DNA of 64,000 nt from Octopus sinensis (GCF_006345805.1 NC_043012.1:46872001-46936000), one strand, 5' to 3'. Shown: positions 13,250-26,740, counted from the first letter of the stretch. The notes: generated from the letters alone by a model not told the origin. Translations and numbers: made by a program.

Positions 13250-13951
13250 ATAAAACCAGCATGGCATCACGAAGCTAACAAAAATTAGTGTGTACCGTGC
13301 ATGTGTACTGACACCGCTCCTTTACTCATGTGAGACATAAACCCTTTACAAACGTCATGTAATTGTCCTTGAATGCTTTCATCAGAGATGTCTCAGACAC
13401 ATTCTGAATGTCGGCAGGACCTTAAAAGCTCCAGACACACAGGTCCTGAGGACAGCTGAAAGCTAGTGTACTGAGGTGATCGTGCAGAAGCACCGGATAT
13501 GTTAAACTGGACATCTTATTAGAATGAAGGATAGCAGGATCCCTAAGCAGATGCTATATGGAGAACTTGTGAATGGAAAGAGACCCCAGCAGAAACCAAG
13601 GCTGCGATTTAAGGACTGAATCAAATCATCATTAAAGGCCTGTGATATGCAGGAGACTGACTGGGAGAGCAATGCCTGTCATTGCCACAGATGGAGGAAG
13701 CGGTTAAAGAGGGGGTCGACACTTTTGAGAGAGTATGTACTCTGCATGAAGAACTTAAGCGTGCTACTTGAAAGCGCACTGCTTGTGTAGTGAATGGGGA
13801 AAGATTGGCTTGCAGTCATGTATGCTTGCCAAGAGCAAGGCTCATTAGCCACCAACGGAACCGCAATTACAAAATATAAATTAGTTCTAGAGCGCACAAT
13901 GTTCCTGAAGGTCAGCAATGGTCTACCTCGGTATCGAGTGGACGGCCACGA
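13250..13951 (+). mobile_element. RTE-clade LINE 3' fragment (RT C-terminus), degenerate
   Basis: Translation includes TKISVYRACVLTPLLYSCET, ECFHQRCLRHILN, GHLIRMKDSRIPKQMLYGELVNGKRPQQKPRLRFKD and a C-terminal LISHQRNR zinc-finger remnant. Multiple stops. Confidence 0.85.
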
Positions 13952-13962
13952 CATATATATAT

Positions 13963-14010
<48 letters not shown>

Positions 14011-14013
<3 letters not shown>

Positions 14014-14460
14014 TTATCTTGTTCTCCTTGTCCTGTCTCTCACTGTTATATATTTATTTTTCCACTGTTTATATATATTTTTTACTGTTTATATGTTTGT
14101 ACTGTCGTTACCGTCTTGCTTTTTTTACCCCTCTGCGAAAAGATCTCAGAATTTTAATTGATTTGCTTTTCGCGGGAAGGAATTTTTCTTCGAAGTATAC
14201 GTCTCGCTTTTATCCTTCGAAACGTTTAGTAGATGAAATCTTAGCGACTGAAGAAGGGGATTTTACGTTGTGCTTATTGTCCTGTATCTCTCCCTTTTTT
14301 TTTGCTTGTCTTGTTCCTTGGTTTGTGTCTATGTGTTTCGTCTCTCTGTGTGTTCGACGTCTTTTTGGTGTCCTGTACACATATATGCGTGTATATGTAC
14401 ATGTAGAGGTAGGTACGTACATATATGTTTATATATATGCATATATTCTATTTTATTAAC
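14011..14460 (+). repeat. Solo 450-bp PLE terminal repeat, inverted copy of 11667-12115
   Basis: Near-identical reverse complement of 11667-12115, embedded in (TA)n on both sides. Confidence 0.85.
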
Positions 14461-14730
14461 ATATATATATATATATATATATCTAAATATATATATATAT
14501 ATATATATTAAATACACGTATATTGAAAGAGAAAAAATTAGACGAAAACTGCAAATGGAAAGGTGGACGTAAAACATAAACGGAAAATTAAACAAAAGCA
14601 TGATACATTCAACCGTTGAAGTATACATGCAGCGCAATGCCCTTCCTTCTTGTTTACACATTTACACACGCACATACACATACACACACACAAACACACA
14701 CACGCATATGTATGTATGTATGTATGTATG

Positions 14731-14817
<87 letters not shown>

Positions 14818-15360
14818 GTGAATTCTTGGTAGGGAAGAAGAAGAAGAAGAAGAAGGAGGAGGAGAAGGAGGAGGAGAAGGGGGAGAAAGGGAGAACTTTA
14901 TCGCCAATGCTTTTTAGTATAACACCTACGCAAATTCCATAAACAAACCTTTCAATAGAAATATTTTCATGAATTGAACAGCAGGAACTGCTAGCCACCA
15001 CTGACCAACGACAATCAAGGCAATCCCAAATTCTTCCTCCCTTTCTCACCCTTCTCCTCCTCTTCCTTCTCCTCCTCCTCCTCCTCCTTTTTCTTCTTCT
15101 TCTTCTTCTTCTTCTTCTTCTTCTTCTTCTTCTTCTTCTCCTTCTTCTTCCCTACCAAGAATTCACATGGACCTTGAATCCACAAGAGTAAACAAGAGAG
15201 ACAGAGAAAGGCAGAAACAAGGAACTTATATTTGAACACTATACAAATATTCTTTTAAAAACACTTTTCTTTTAATTTTTTTAAATTTAATTATTTAATA
15301 GTTACAGTTGAAAAGGTCTCAAACAGCCGAAACCGGTACTGAAATGTTCTTTATAAAATT
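14818..15360 (+). mobile_element. PLE 3' remnant with short inverted tail and decayed hammerhead-like motif
   Basis: GTGAATTCTTGGTAGGGAAGAAG... (14818-14900) is the reverse complement of 15030-15167. Motif TTGAAAA-GG...CC-GAAACCGGTA-CTG at 15308-15341. Confidence 0.45.
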
Positions 15361-15382
15361 ATTTTAGCATTTTGACTTGTTT

Positions 15383-15420
<38 letters not shown>

Positions 15421-15882
15421 ACACATATATATAGTACACACACACACAGAAGCACATATATCAATGTATATATATGTGTGCATGTGTGTGTGTGTAAGTG
15501 CGTATGTGCAAGTATGCATATATGCATATACATGTAAATCTTTTATATGAAATGCGTTTCTTAGTATATTAGTGTATTTAAGCCTGTGTGTGTGAGTGCA
15601 TGAGTATGTTTACGTATATGTGCGTGTATGTGTGTGTTTGTTTTATGCATAAAAACACATCACGTTTACACACGCTCATATGCACATGTTGGTAAATCTG
15701 CGTTGTTGTATAAGCTATACCACCAGTTTGACTATACAAGCTGTTTCCGTCCCTCAGTATCACTGAATATCATCGTTTCTATTTCATTATCTATTTATTT
15801 ATATAAACTTATAGAAATGCCTACACATATTTTGTAACGACGGTCTTAGATGTATATACGAACACACACACACACACACACA

Positions 15883-15982
<100 letters not shown>

Positions 15983-18557
15983 ACTGCTCATATTTAGTTC
16001 ATCATGATAGGAGTATGGTATTCTCTGTGGTCCTGTGGTATCGATCTGCTCAGTTTTATTTCAAAGCAGTATGCTATTCATGATTATATTGTAATGCAAA
16101 ACATTTATGAAACTTGAATATTCTTTAAACTCTATTAGTGGACATTAACATGTGCCCTGTCTTCAATCAAATACCACAGCAGAGAAGAGAAGATGATATT
16201 GTTATATGCTTCTATAACATATATGATAAACAACTGCATTTTTTATATATGCGAAATTAGTGAAATTGTGACTGCTAATGGCTATCAGAGTAATTATAAT
16301 GTATTTACATTTTCTAATTTCAGCTCATAGAAACTAGTATTGAACGGCGACTGTTTCCTTGTTCAGCCACCATGATTAGATCAATAAGTTCTGCTACGCC
16401 ATTGGAAAATTTTATACCATATTTGCTTTATAATATTCAAGCTTCTGAAGTATACGAAAAATGAAATTAAAACAAAAAACGGACGAAAACGACCTTTATT
16501 TTGTGTAGTGAAATAATCAATATATTTATATTTACATAATTAGACTATAACACAAGAGGTGGAGAAAGATGCAGACCATGCGAAACATGCTAATTGTTTA
16601 CATAACTGTTGTTGTTTGATTTATACATGAAAGAAAAGCATCGAAGATCTGATTAGACCCAGTCATTATGAATGCCTTTGGGTAAAACAATAAAAATACA
16701 ATAGGCAATCTAACAAAAGCTGGCTATTATATCGATCAAACCAAATGATTGAACAATATATTGATGAAATGGTTATCAAGAGATCAAACGGTGTCGCTCC
16801 AAAATAACCAACAGAGTGTGAAAGAAAACAAAATTAGATATGGATAACAAACGAACAGCCGTTTCAGACAAAAAACAAAAAACAAAAAAATTAATACCAT
16901 ATACCTTTGCAATTAATTATCCACAAGGCAAAATGATTAGGCAATCAGAAATTTCATAGTGGAGGAAACAAAAACATTGATTTGTTTGATATTCTTGATA
17001 TTTTGTTCTTACATGTATGTTATGTATGTAGGCGCATGCTTCTCTATCGATTCGAAATATACAAACGTGGTTGTTTGCTCCAAAGACGTGCATTATATCG
17101 GCGGTTTGTTGTTTGTGCCGCGTATGTATGCGCATTTTCTCATTAATCAAGTCCATATACAATGCGAGAATACAGACATAAATATGTTCATAAACACACA
17201 TATACATTATAGAATCATACATGCACACATGTATTCATATACACACACATACACAAGCACACACACAAATATATATATAGACATACATATTTAGTTAAAT
17301 ATACATACATATGTGTGTGTGTGTGTGAGCGTGTGTGCGTACGTGCATGTGTGTTTCCGTAAATATATGTCTGTACACGTGTGTGCATATATGCAAGTAT
17401 GGAAGTATTGTTTGGATCCTAATACCAAATAGTGGCTATGATGGCGACTTGCTAACAATGTAATTCCAAGTTTGCTGTTTTTGTAGAAAATAAAAATGTT
17501 TGAAGTTTTGAAATTATATTTTGATTAATCCGCCATTTATTTTTTTTATGCGATTTTATTATCTGATGTTCTGTGTGTGGAATATGACAATAGATTGCAA
17601 TCTTGAAGATTACTTTATGGTCTACACAAAAGAAGTTTAAAAAATGTAAACTGAAGTAAACACAAACCACGAAAAGTATTAATATAACAATTAACTAATA
17701 GAAAATAACTTATGCTCAAAAATTGAAGATTCACAGCAACAATGATATATTAATATTCGTATATGAAAAGATTAATTCTATAGTATTTGAAACATCAAAC
17801 CTTTGGACCAAAGGGGAACATCAACTAAACAGATAATACAGATGCGTTCTGGGATAATTTAATGTGTCTAACCTTTAATGAGCATCAACAAAACAATTTC
17901 GGTCAATTGCATTATTGTGCGCTCATTTAGAATATATCAATTCTGCTTGGAGTATATACGCTGTGCAACATCACGAGCGATGTTAAAAGAATATATATCG
18001 TAACTTTTCGTCATTGCCAGTTCTATTCAAATCTGTTGTGTATAGCATGTATCAGTTATTGGATTTCGCTATTATCCGCGATAAGAATTAAATTTATATT
18101 ACAAATCCCCAAGACAAAATTTATTGAATAATTCAGCTATCACAGTGAAATTCTTTTCATAAAACATGATTAAGAATGAAAGGGTCTGTAAATTGAATAT
18201 ATATTGCATTAATAACGTAAGAATATATTGATTTGTTTTATCTTTATGGATCACAGATAGAATCATTAAATTACCATGGTTGCGTATTAGCATATATATC
18301 AGTCATATATGTTCAGTAACCTTTAGCAGTCATACCACCTCTCCATTGCTTAACTTCTGGTCAGTAGACAATGCTCATTCGTTCGATTATACAAAGATCA
18401 AAAGGAACCATTATCGGTGCTACTGTAACCAAAATTAATAATGTTCAGGAAACGTGGTGCAGGGGTGGGATTAGGGAAATATTATCAATACAGGATTCAG
18501 TCGAATTCACTGTGATAATTTAGTCTCCCGTTTATCGCATTATCATGTAGGTCACAG

Positions 18558-18777
18558 TTGCCTTCGCTGTGATATGATAAGTTATTTGTTTGTCTTATTC
18601 GGGCAGAAATATCAAAGTAAAGGAGAAACAGATTGGTTCATTAGGAAACTGGAAGAGATAACACCGTTAATATTTCTGGTAGAAGCCTTCACCATAGTAC
18701 AAAGGAGTATTAAGAACATCCCGAAACAAAGAATTGTTCTAAGAATAAGCAGATCCAGCGTTAGAATTAAAGATTAA
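18558..18777 (+). pseudogene. Exon-like module of the unrecognised repeated-domain family
   Basis: CACAG|T TGC CTT CGC phase-2 start, like T TAC CTT CGA at 7176. The frame is open to TAA at 18775-18777. KYQSK and LRI motifs and AATATCAAAGT are shared with 37970-38249. Confidence 0.4.
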
Positions 18778-19100
18778 AAACGGAGGCAGCGAGGGTACTT
18801 ACTACTGGAATTGGTAATGGTGCTAGGCAGTTATTGAAATTGAAAATGAAGACAGGAGACAAGTAAAAGTTTCGAAAATAGATGGTAAAGTGCCTTACGG
18901 ATAAATATGAGTTTTGGAAAAGAGAAAAATAAGTTAGGTGTAATGGGAAGAGAAAACCTATGCATGCCACTCGATCTAATAGAAGCAGCCGCTAAATATT
19001 CCTCAAACATACTCTAAGAAGGACCAGTAGACACTGTTATACTAGCTACTTTCAATTACTGCAAAGATTTTGATGATAGGCATCATCTATACACTGGTTT

Positions 19101-19124
19101 GACTACTACTACTACTGCTGCTAT

Positions 19125-19180
<56 letters not shown>
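19101..19180. repeat. (TAC)n microsatellite
   Basis: Directly visible. Confidence 0.95.
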
Positions 19181-19395
19181 ACATGACGATGACGACGACA
19201 ATGAAGATGTCGAAGGAACAAAGCAGATAAGGAACACCCAGAAGTACATTATGAAATATATTATTCCAATGAAAATATCGTTTTATTTTTGTTTTACTTA
19301 CTATATTTTTTTCGTGGATGAGAGCTATGTAAGATTTTGATAAAGAGGAACGAACACAAGGAATATCCCTGGATACAATCAAAGAGAGAGAGAGA

Positions 19396-19437
<42 letters not shown>

Positions 19438-19499
19438 GAAAGAGAGAAAGAAAACTTCGCAGAGACAATAAATGAATACTGGAAATTTCATAAAGAATA

Positions 19500-20215
19500 A
19501 AAAGTTTTGAATGGTACAACAATGCACTATAATAGAAGCAATGGACTATATACCTGTTGTAATTTAGTCATCCATAGTCTAATGATATTTCCGAGTAAAA
19601 TTCCTTCTTCAGATATTCTTAGATGGAGTCGCTGCTATAATCGGTTTTCCAACGGCTTTTCTTTTTTCGGAAGCGCCTCAGCATTGGTCTCACGAAGCTC
19701 CTTCCGGAATTTCTCATGAGAAGTGCGTGAGGTCGGCCACATCTCAATCTCGTGTAGCGCTGCTTTTAAGTTATGTACTGTACGTATAGCTTCCATTTTC
19801 CTCCGTCTCTTTTCGCTTCTCTTTTTTTTTGGTTATAAACAATATATGAGCATATCAAAAATGAACCTACATGATGTAGCTAAATAATATATTGATTACC
19901 AACCCCAAGCCTGTTGTTAATTTGGGTCCTAGTCTGTGTATGAGTATAGCTTCCTTAATTCTTAAATTACCCAAATTCTTTCATTGGCCTCAATTGTGAC
20001 TGTTATGCTTTTGTCGGTGTTTCGGCATCTGACTAGATGTTTTCCGAAGGAGGAGGCTCTCTTGTTCAGATGTTCTTTGATGCGGACATGTAACGGTCTT
20101 GTGCTACCCACATAGAACTTGTTGCATTTGTTACATTGTATTCTATACAAAACATTTACCCGTTGGCATAAATCTGTGTCACCCTCATTTAACAAACTGT
20201 CCCGTCCGTGACACA
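19500..20215 (-). mobile_element. PLE 3' fragment (GIY-YIG endonuclease + terminal repeat), third family
   Basis: ORF 19962-20195 NVLYRIQCNKCNKFYVGSTRPLHVRIKEHLN...FGKHL is a PLE GIY-YIG domain. Decayed hammerhead-like core at 19582-19616. Confidence 0.8.
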
Positions 20216-20342
20216 GATTTAGCTAAAATGTTAGCATTTTCTGTCAGCAGTTAGTGAGCTTAGCAACGTGGGTAGTAAATCTAAGAATCATAAATCGTCG
20301 TATATCATTCATATCATCGAATCGCTCCTCAAATGTAATAGA

Positions 20343-20500
20343 GTAACGGGCTGGCAGAATCGCTAGGGCAGGTGATAGGATGGCTCAAAGCGTTCGTTCT
20401 GCTTCTATGCGCTTTAATTCCGAATAGCATAGTCAAATTGTCTTTCATAGTCATATTGTCTTTCCGGGGTCAAATTGTATTTCACTCTATTGTGATTGAT
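20343..20500 (+). mobile_element. Diverged tRNA-derived SINE
   Basis: GCTGGCAGAATCGCTAG head matches GCTGGCAGAATCGTTAG at 26751. Confidence 0.5.
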
Positions 20501-21038
20501 AGGATTCGATTACTAATTTCAATGGCATTCTCTCGCCTCTCTCTTTATCTCGCGCTCTCTCTCTCTCCCTATACACACACACTGACACACTGACACACAC
20601 TCACACACAGACACACACACACACGCACACACACATACACAAGAACATACACTCGCGCACATAGTAATATCAGTTTATGTGTGTGGGAATCTTTGTGGTG
20701 CGTGGGTCGTACTAGCCAAACAAATTAGAAATGTGTGTCACATTCACTCTACTTACACATATCTGAGGAATATTCGGGCGTTTACACATTAATTTGTTCA
20801 GTAAAGATTCAGTTGATCGAACATCATGGTGATCATCATCAACACATTGGGAGGATCCACTACAAGTTGATTGGATATTGATTAAAGGTTGCTTTGAAAC
20901 AAACATCTTTTACAGAACAAATATATTCCAAATGTTATGCCAAAAGAAATTTCCAAATATATCGGAAAATATATGCATTTTTCTTTCTAAATAAAAGAAC
21001 ATTTCAGTACACACACACACCACACACACACACATACA

Positions 21039-21091
<53 letters not shown>

Positions 21092-22222
21092 GTACACCGG
21101 CACACTGAGGCATACTGAGACTCATATATATATACATACATGCGTACACACACACACATATATACATACATACATACATACATACATGCATACATACATA
21201 GCGCAAAAACAAGTATGCATATATATAAATATGAATTATTGGGCTTTTTCGTTTGCATGTGTAAAAACGGAGATTATGCTTAATGTTATTTCATACGGAT
21301 ACGCATACGTATGAGAATGTGCATGTATACGTATTTAGTTACATACCTAAAATATATTTATGTAAAGACACAAATTCAAATATTTGTGAGAATGAGGTTG
21401 TATGACGTTTACATACATGCAGACATTCACACTCTCACAAATATGCAAACGCGCGTATAATTAAAAAAAAACACCTCAATACCCGAGTGAAATCATATAG
21501 GACATTGTATACTTTGTGATTTGGTGCATAACAATTTGTAAACAACTATCTGCTTCCTTCATACATCTGACATTGCCTAGACAGTATTATTTACAGATAT
21601 ATTGTTTGTTTCTTTCAAAGTGTTGTTCTTTCCGATTTTCTATATTATTTCAATTATTTCTTCCATTGCTATTTTTGCGGTAAATAGTCTGCTACCATTT
21701 TCTTCAGGAACTTTTGAATTAGTTTCCATGTAATAGATATGAAAAATAACAGTTAAGATTTATTTTGGCTGTTCTTCATCCAAAATAATAAGGAAATAAT
21801 GAATAAAATACACTTTAGTTCTGATTACTCAATCGGTAATGAATTTTGGAACATTGAAAATACGAACTGATTGGCAGAAATTAGATGCTCGGTTTGATGA
21901 TTACAAACTCAAATAATTACAATAGAACTTAACCATAGAAGAATTGAAGTGGTAGGAAGGAAAACATGTATGTGAAATTTGTTTTGATATATGCGTCATC
22001 AGGTACTAGAGATATGATTAGCATATATATATATATATTTTGCCTTTGTTATCATTAGTGTCTTTAGTTAAGAAACAAACCCGGGAAGCTAGAAGCATAA
22101 GTGCTCGCTCGGACGCGAGAAAAAAGTTTCAGAATCTTTTTGGAATAAGTGTCTACCATCTTAAAATAGAATGTTTAGTCCAGGGTTACACGAAACTATT
22201 AGAAATTCCGGAAGCGGTAGCA

Positions 22223-22278
22223 ACAGCAGTAACGGTAGCAGCAGCAACAGTAGCAGCAGCAGCAGCAGCAGCAGTAGC

Positions 22279-22344
<66 letters not shown>

Positions 22345-22345
22345 T
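22223..22345. repeat. (GCA)n-(GTA)n compound trinucleotide microsatellite
   Basis: Directly visible. Confidence 0.95.
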
Positions 22346-22689
22346 TAGCCCCAAGTGAACTTGAACTATCCAAATCTGAAGGTTCGGTGTGTTATGTAAC
22401 CAAGATGCGCTGTATTATATTGGCAGTCCAGCTCTTGGCCATTCGTGATTAAGGAAGCCAATAAGGAGATCCTTTCATCTATGATACCGCTGTCACTTTT
22501 CAGGTTTGTGTATATAGAATATGGTCGTTGATGTGTCTTTTTTAAGCATTCCCTTCGACGCTTTAGAATGTCTTTCATGATGGGGCATCTGAACGAGAGT
22601 TAACTGGAGGCTATTCAACAATAGCATCTACCAGTACCAATACGCTAGGTAAATCAAATAGCCAGATGTGGCAAAATGGTGAAGTCGCT

Positions 22690-23640
22690 TATGTTCGAAG
22701 TCACGGAACTCTGGTTGAAAACTAAGAATAGTAAGGCCCAGATCCTTCAATCACACTATGCCAAACCCATGCCCTCTCAATACCTGGTCCACAAGAATAC
22801 AGGCATTGCAGACAACGCCAGTTTCAATATCTAAATAGCAGACTGGGTGAGAGTGAGGAGGAATGTGTCCCGCATGTGAGACCCAACGCAACTGGAAAGA
22901 CGCATACAACACTTCATCCGTCGCATGCATTTCTCCGGCTACACCCGAAGAGATAGGATTAATGTATTCAAAGGAGCCAGGTCTAAATACAAGACCATCA
23001 TAGACAAAGACACAAATGGGATCTGCCCGTTATGCAGGAGTAAATCCTGGAACAGCATATAAAGGGCCTAGGAGAAGATAGATATGTCCAATTGTTTAAA
23101 ATAAGCATTAGATAAGGTAAATCTACGGATTAACGTAATGGACAGATCCCCATGCACGGAGAACAATTGTTTAGTATGCAAGATGAACCCACAGGTTAAC
23201 TGTAAGATTAGGAATGTAGTCTATTGCTAACGATTTACTGAGGCATGGAGCAAAAATAAGGCAACAACTTACATTGGAGAGGAGGCTGGTAGCATAAGGG
23301 AACGGATGGGTAACTACTGGCGGGAGCTCAAAGAGGAGAAAAACTCGTCAGTTCTGTACCAACATGCTCAACTAGGACATAGAGGCTCGGTTGATAATAT
23401 AGAGGTTAAGGTATTGCCAACGCATGGAATAGACACGACACTTAAATAGATTACAGTGGCCAAACACATAGTAATAGACAGACCGAACCGCAACGGAATT
23501 CATGAATGGAAGAATAAGACCCCTTACCAACACACCACGCAAAACGAGGAATGAAGACAGAAGGAAAAAAGACATCGATGTAAACAGTAAAATACATAAA
23601 CCCATGTATATACACAAAAATACACTAAGTAAACAAATGA
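22690..23640 (+). mobile_element. Degenerate PLE fragment (RT thumb + C-terminal GIY-YIG; non-Neptune, possibly Nematis-like)
   Basis: Translations include LWLKTKNSKAQILQSHYAKPMPSQYLVHKN, IQHFIRRMHFSGY, CTENNCLVCKMNPQVNCKIRNVVY, TYIGEEAGSIRER and SVLYQHAQLGHRG. Many stops. Confidence 0.75.
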
Positions 23641-24629
23641 CAAAAAATGAGGAAAATATATAAAGAGTACGGATAGATATAATATAGTAAGCAAACTCTT
23701 ATACACACACAAAAAAAACACATATAGACACGCATACACAAACGCACACCCACACGTACGCATGCGTACACATAATATTTTTGTTTCTTATGTTACAAAA
23801 AGAAGCGGTCTCTATACTATTTCCAGAAACGATGAAGATGAAACATTTTACCTGTCTGTGTAAAGAGAATATTTTGCATAATTTATGCATAGATGTTTGC
23901 TCGGATAATACATTTTTATTCTTCCTTCTTAGTAAGTGGAAATTTAGAAAATACAAATAATAAAAAATTATGAATAAAATGATATTCTTGTTTTCTGTTG
24001 CGGATAAAATTATTTGTGTCATGTTGTTTCGGCTTGAGAATAGCGATAAAGTTACACTTATCTGCAGAATATACAAGCGTTTACACATTAATTTTTTGAG
24101 TAAAGATAAATTTAGTCAAGCATCAGCTTGTTCATCATTGACACATAAAATGAATTCAAACTTATGTTGTACAGGGGAAACAAAGCTATATGTTTAAAGT
24201 TGTATTGTATTCTGTAAATGAATCGTCTTCAAAGGAGTCTCCTCTGGACCAAATGCAGCATTTTGTAGTTTACATCATTAAACTCTTTAAAAAAAATATT
24301 AAGATTTTGTTTTCATGTGTGCAACTTTTTTTAACACCAACAAATAGTTTTGTATTCATACGTCATAACAGGCTTCGGCGCTTCTTTTCGGAAGTGGAAA
24401 GTTAGGTGACACTGTGAGCAGTAGTAACCATGATATATTAATAATTGTAAGTGTCTTTCACTCGTGAGTTGATGTCGCTTCACCTACTTTTGAGGCATGC
24501 TGTGTTTTTAAACATTGAACGTTTTTAGATGAGTTTTCTCAGGTCAAAATACTGCAGATGCATAGAATATACTAACACACACATACATTAAATATCAGCG
24601 CAGATAGAGTGATACGTTATCTTTCTAAA

Positions 24630-24775
24630 TCCAGGTAGGAGTGGAGGTTGGTGGGGATAAATAAAAGGTAGTCTTCGGAGTAATTCGAACTCAGAAAGTG
24701 AAGAGCTAGATAATTGTTTCTCCAGGTTTTGACGGTGTTCTAGCGATTCTGACGCTCATCGCCGGCACTTGCCAG
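24630..24775 (-). mobile_element. Diverged tRNA-derived SINE
   Basis: Reverse complement GGCGATGAGCGTCAGAATCGCTAG...TTCTGAGTTCGAATT resembles the head and B-box of the 26741 SINE. Confidence 0.5.
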
Positions 24776-25754
24776 TGATTGTAACATTATATAAATATGA
24801 AAAAAATAAACATCAGTATACATCAATTGCTTGTGGTATAATTACGGGTATTTGTCTTATGTCATATTTCTATGAAGTGTTAATAACATTATACACATGT
24901 AAGGAATATTAGGAAACTATTAATGGTTAAGTTCCTTATAATATCTAGTTGCCGTATACATTCTGCTGGAGAATTCTGCAGCATTTCAAACAATTCATGT
25001 ATTCATAAAATTATATAAGCGCATCAATTCTAGAGTAAAGAAGAAGATACTGTAAGCAAGCCAATCAAGCATAATTTAATATTCTTTACAATATATGTTC
25101 ACACATCAAATGCATGAGAGGAACATCTAATATAGTGTAGAAAATGCCTGTGAAATACATAAATGTAAATATGTTTCAACGTTTACGATAGATAATAAAA
25201 CTTACACACCGAACCGTAAAAAATCTAGTTTATGATACCTTGGAATTTTATATCCATCGAAATTTATATCTTCACTGTCAACAGAAGGTTTGCTCATTTT
25301 CAGGTGCAGAAAAGAACGAAATTCTCTGAAACATTTATAGTTTATGTGATAATGAAATAAATATTCAGCATAGGTTGAGTTGTGCTGTCAGTAGTGTTTC
25401 TGATATTAGCACAGAATTAAGGCCTAAGAGAGAATTAAACTATTATCTTCTGATTCATTGCACGTTTAAATTTTGTTAAGATTTTTTTCTCAAAGTGACG
25501 GCAAGATTGTGAATGTTAAAATAGTGAATACTGTTTATCTACATCTTCTTTTAGATTGAGGTCACTATTAGTAACTTCAATACTGCTACGGTAATTTTAG
25601 CAGCGCCACATTTTCAAAGCAGATTTTAAAAGAGCAAAACCATTTTTGTTGGATTTATTACAAATTCAATCATCCAAGTTGTATCACGAGTTATATTTAT
25701 GCACAAGTCTTAGAGTTTGATGTAGAAGTCGGTTCCATTTGCATTTGAATACAG

Positions 25755-25948
25755 AAAGTGAAGGGATGTTATAAAAGCAGACCTTTGTTGATCCTATTCT
25801 GTCAGGCATTGAGTCACGCTGTGAATGCTGCAAATACTGAGATCTATCTCAGCGGTAAAAAAGATAAATTTTCTTTGGATGTAAATTCAACTGATGTCAT
25901 CCGGGAATTAATATCAAATCAGTTAACTAATTTCCAAGAACATCAAAG
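25755..25948 (+). CDS. Candidate internal coding exon (194 nt, phase 0 to 2), product unknown
   Basis: TTTGAATACAG| acceptor and AAG|GTACGC donor. The frame is open throughout: KVKGCYKSRPLLILFCQALSHAVNAANTEIYLSGKKDKFSLDVNSTDVIRELISNQLTNFQEHQ. No homology recognised. Confidence 0.35.
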
Positions 25949-25958
25949 GTACGCGAGT

Positions 25959-26133
<175 letters not shown>

Positions 26134-26740
26134 ACATCAAATATTGAATATAAATTCCAAATCAAGTGTGGGTTTATTAGAAATAATACTTTTGATTTAT
26201 GGATGTAGTTTATGGCAAAGAACAGTTTAATTAAAAGCTAATAAGTATATAAAGATAAGTTCTGATGATAAGTAACAATTTAAAGCGGCATGCACGATTA
26301 AAGCTTCCTTTCATTATACGATGTCTTTCAGTAAATTTCCATTAATAAGAAATAAATATGTTTATTTTAACAAAATAGGATTTCTTTTCTTTTAATAGAC
26401 ATCAAAAATATGCATACAGACATAAAAAGAAACACACTCACACATGCAAACACACATGAACTCATATAATTTTGTCTACAGTAATAGAAAAAGGAATATG
26501 AAACTAAAAGATTGATTCACCCAAATGGGAAATGATTTTCTCTTCTCAGACAAAGAGTATGTTCGAGATCGCCCGTTGCCATTCCTACGTACGTGTGACA
26601 GTGTTTCCACATTCTTGAACAATACTCCTAAATTTCAGAGTACGTAGACAACTACAATAGTTTAATGACTACTTTCTATACTTACCTAGTGGCATACGTC
26701 TCTTCTTAAATTACGTTCTCAATATATATATTTGAATATT

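Noticed and set aside
19020-19085. Possible CR1-type RT motif (VDTV...FNYCKDFD)
   Set aside because: Too short and degenerate, with no flanking RT motifs.
22690-23560. Naiad-type selenoprotein-encoding PLE
   Set aside because: The endonuclease is C-terminal to RT (Naiads have it N-terminal), the zinc-finger Cys codons are TGC/TGT, and the family carries a hammerhead motif.
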